DNA of 32,000 bases. It comes from Thorsellia kenyensis. Lineage in GTDB: Bacteria; Pseudomonadota; Gammaproteobacteria; Enterobacterales; Thorselliaceae. A program made the position numbers and the translations under genes. The notes under the pieces were generated by a model. It ran no database searches, had not been told where the DNA came from, and worked only from the letters and a program-made list of their open reading frames with translations. The stretch covers positions 7,955 through 39,954 of the forward strand of contig NZ_JBHLXE010000090.1 of assembly GCF_042432445.1 (NCBI RefSeq), in the 5' to 3' direction. Of this stretch, positions 30,633 through 32,000 are shown one piece after another (position 1 is the first letter of the stretch; each line of letters opens with the position of its first letter).

Positions 30633-30672
30633 CAATAGAAAAAGCTCGGTTTTTGCCGAGCTTTTTCTATTG
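30633..30672 (+). terminator. Strong rho-independent terminator after rplS
   Basis: Perfect 17-bp stem CAATAGAAAAAGCTCGG / CCGAGCTTTTTCTATTG with the loop TTTTTG. The A-run/T-run flanks make it potentially bidirectional. Confidence 0.85.
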
Positions 30673-30849
30673 TAGATTATCTTCTGTTTTTATTTAACAG
30701 GAAATAAGAAAACTAAATAATGAATAATAAATAAGAAACTATAAACTGCTTGAATTCGTATGTTTAGTCAGTAATAATAAATAGACATTAATTCCATCGT
30801 CTCTATTTATGTGAGATGATGCCACCTGAAAACTTTATAAGAGTCTGAT

Positions 30850-31197
30850 ATGTCAATGAATGATGAAACATTGCCTTTAATATTTACAGATAAAGCTGCT
30901 AATAGGGTAAAAACATTAATTACCGAGGAAGAAAATCCTAATCTAAGATTGAGGGTTTATATCACTGGTGGTGGTTGTAGTGGCTTCCAATATGGCTTTA
31001 TGTTCGATGAGAAAGTGAACGAAGATGATTTCACTATAGAAAAGCAAGGGGTTGCACTTGTGGTTGATCCTATGAGCTTACAATATCTCATTGGCGGTAC
31101 GGTAGATTTTTTAGATGGTTTAGAAGGATCTCGATTTGTTGTGAATAATCCTAATGCAACCAGTACCTGTGGCTGTGGTTCCTCCTTTAGCGTTTAA
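30850..31197 (+). CDS. erpA: Iron-sulfur cluster insertion protein ErpA (A-type carrier)
   Basis: Matches E. coli ErpA ([62 protein letters not shown]...[22 protein letters not shown]). Confidence 0.93.
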   Translation: MSMNDETLPLIFTDKAANRVKTLITEEENPNLRLRVYITGGGCSGFQYGFMFDEKVNEDDFTIEKQGVALVVDPMSLQYLIGGTVDFLDGLEGSRFVVNNPNATSTCGCGSSFSV

Positions 31198-31218
31198 TTC
31201 TTTAATGCTTCATAATAG

Positions 31219-31265
31219 ATCCTATACCTATGATTAGCACATTCGCAAAAGTATCGGTATAGGAT
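31219..31265. terminator. Hairpin between convergent erpA and the J-domain gene
   Basis: Perfect 10-bp stem ATCCTATACC (31219-31228) / GGTATAGGAT (31256-31265) with a long 27-nt loop, followed by GTTGTTT. Confidence 0.35.
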
Positions 31266-31290
31266 GTTGTTTGAATTCTTGACTTTAGCA

Positions 31291-32000
31291 TTAGCCAATT
31301 GAGTATTTTTTGTTAATAAATTCATCTAAAAGAGTGTTAAGCCCTTTGATGGTTTGTTGTTTGGAAAAAAATAGATGATAAAGTTCAGCTATAGATCTTT
31401 TTAGATAAAGATTATGTTCTTCAATGTTTTTTTCGGTTTGCTTTTGAGTCTTGGCATGAAATTTTGTCCATACTAATCCCTCAGCTGTCATCTCATACTT
31501 TTGATTGGCTAGTGTTTGTTGACATTCAACTAATTTTTTAGCTAAACTTTCTTCCATTAGCCTAAACGTATTATCAGATAATGTAAGAGATATTTGAGGT
31601 AAATATTGCATTGCTAGCTCAATAATGATATGAAAATCTTTGGCTTTTTTTGCACTTGCAAGCTGCTTCATGAGATCCATATACTGAGTTTTATCTTCAC
31701 TATCAGCGAGTTTATCTGGATGAAATTTATGCGCAAGCTGCCTATACAGTTTATTGATCTCATCGTTATCTAATAATTTTTCTGCTTGCGAACTCTCTTG
31801 GTTTTGCTGTGCAAAATCGTTTTCTTCATCTGTATTAAAATCAAAATCAAAATCAAAATCAATTTGTTCTTCTTGACTAGAAAAAAAATCATTTTTTTCT
31901 TGTTTCTCTAATTCATTTTCTAATGCATCGACAATAGATAGAAGCTCTTGCATATCAAATTCAAATTCTCCTAATTCATTCCGCTCCTCAATGTAATTGG
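31291..32000 (-). CDS. J-domain (DnaJ-like) protein with acidic N-terminal region, probably truncated by the window edge
   Basis: ORF 31291..31953 contains J-domain helix II plus the HPD motif (LYRQLAHKFHPDKL). The frame stays open upstream of Met-31953 to the window end (...NYIEERNELGEFEFD-MQELL), so the true start may lie beyond 32000. Confidence 0.7.
   Translation of the reverse strand, partial: NYIEERNELGEFEFDMQELLSIVDALENELEKQEKNDFFSSQEEQIDFDFDFDFNTDEENDFAQQNQESSQAEKLLDNDEINKLYRQLAHKFHPDKLADSEDKTQYMDLMKQLASAKKAKDFHIIIELAMQYLPQISLTLSDNTFRLMEESLAKKLVECQQTLANQKYEMTAEGLVWTKFHAKTQKQTEKNIEEHNLYLKRSIAELYHLFFSKQQTIKGLNTLLDEFINKKYSIG
31837..31860. repeat. Hexanucleotide microsatellite (AAAATC)x4 inside the J-domain gene
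   Basis: Four perfect tandem copies on the + strand, equal to (GATTTT)x4 on the coding strand, encoding DFDFDFDF. Confidence 0.9.

Overview
This is a 32 kb segment of a low-GC gammaproteobacterial chromosome (high-30s % GC by eye, with more AT-rich intergenic DNA). It is mostly core housekeeping genes.

**Layout**
- 5.9-20.3 kb, all on the + strand: rpsB-tsf-pyrH-frr-dxr-uppS-cdsA-rseP-bamA-skp-lpxD-fabZ-lpxA-lpxB, the classic gammaproteobacterial order.
- 27.0-31.2 kb: ffh, then rpsP-rimM-trmD-rplS, then erpA.
- 0.4-5.4 kb (less conserved): a CFA-synthase-like methyltransferase, a DUF3833 lipoprotein, and an SDR tightly followed by a CusR-like OmpR-family response regulator and its histidine kinase.
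- 20.3-23.6 kb: three late enterobacterial-common-antigen genes (wecF-wzyE-wecG) directly after lpxB.
- 23.6-24.8 kb: a yrdD-like zinc-ribbon gene and tsaC.
- 25.0-26.5 kb, minus strand: an orphan AbgT-family transporter.
- Right edge, minus strand: a J-domain protein gene that runs off the window.

**Not found:** tRNA, rRNA, CRISPR, IS/transposase, integrase, phage or defence-like genes.

**Novelty:** I see no convincing evidence of a wholly new system. The notable items are synteny and regulatory oddities:
- ECA genes fused to the lipid A operon.
- A reduced cfa/DUF3833/SDR lipid-modification cluster wired to a two-component system.
- A long rpsB leader.
- An 18-bp perfect palindrome just upstream of fabZ.
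- A promoter-like element directly upstream of a terminator-like hairpin ahead of rpsP.

**Start-codon corrections:** the ORF-track starts look over-extended for cfa-like, pyrH, lpxB, wecF, wzyE, wecG and ffh. I moved them to internal starts.

**Limits:** all homology statements come from by-eye comparison with remembered E. coli proteins and family motifs. No database search or folding calculation was run.
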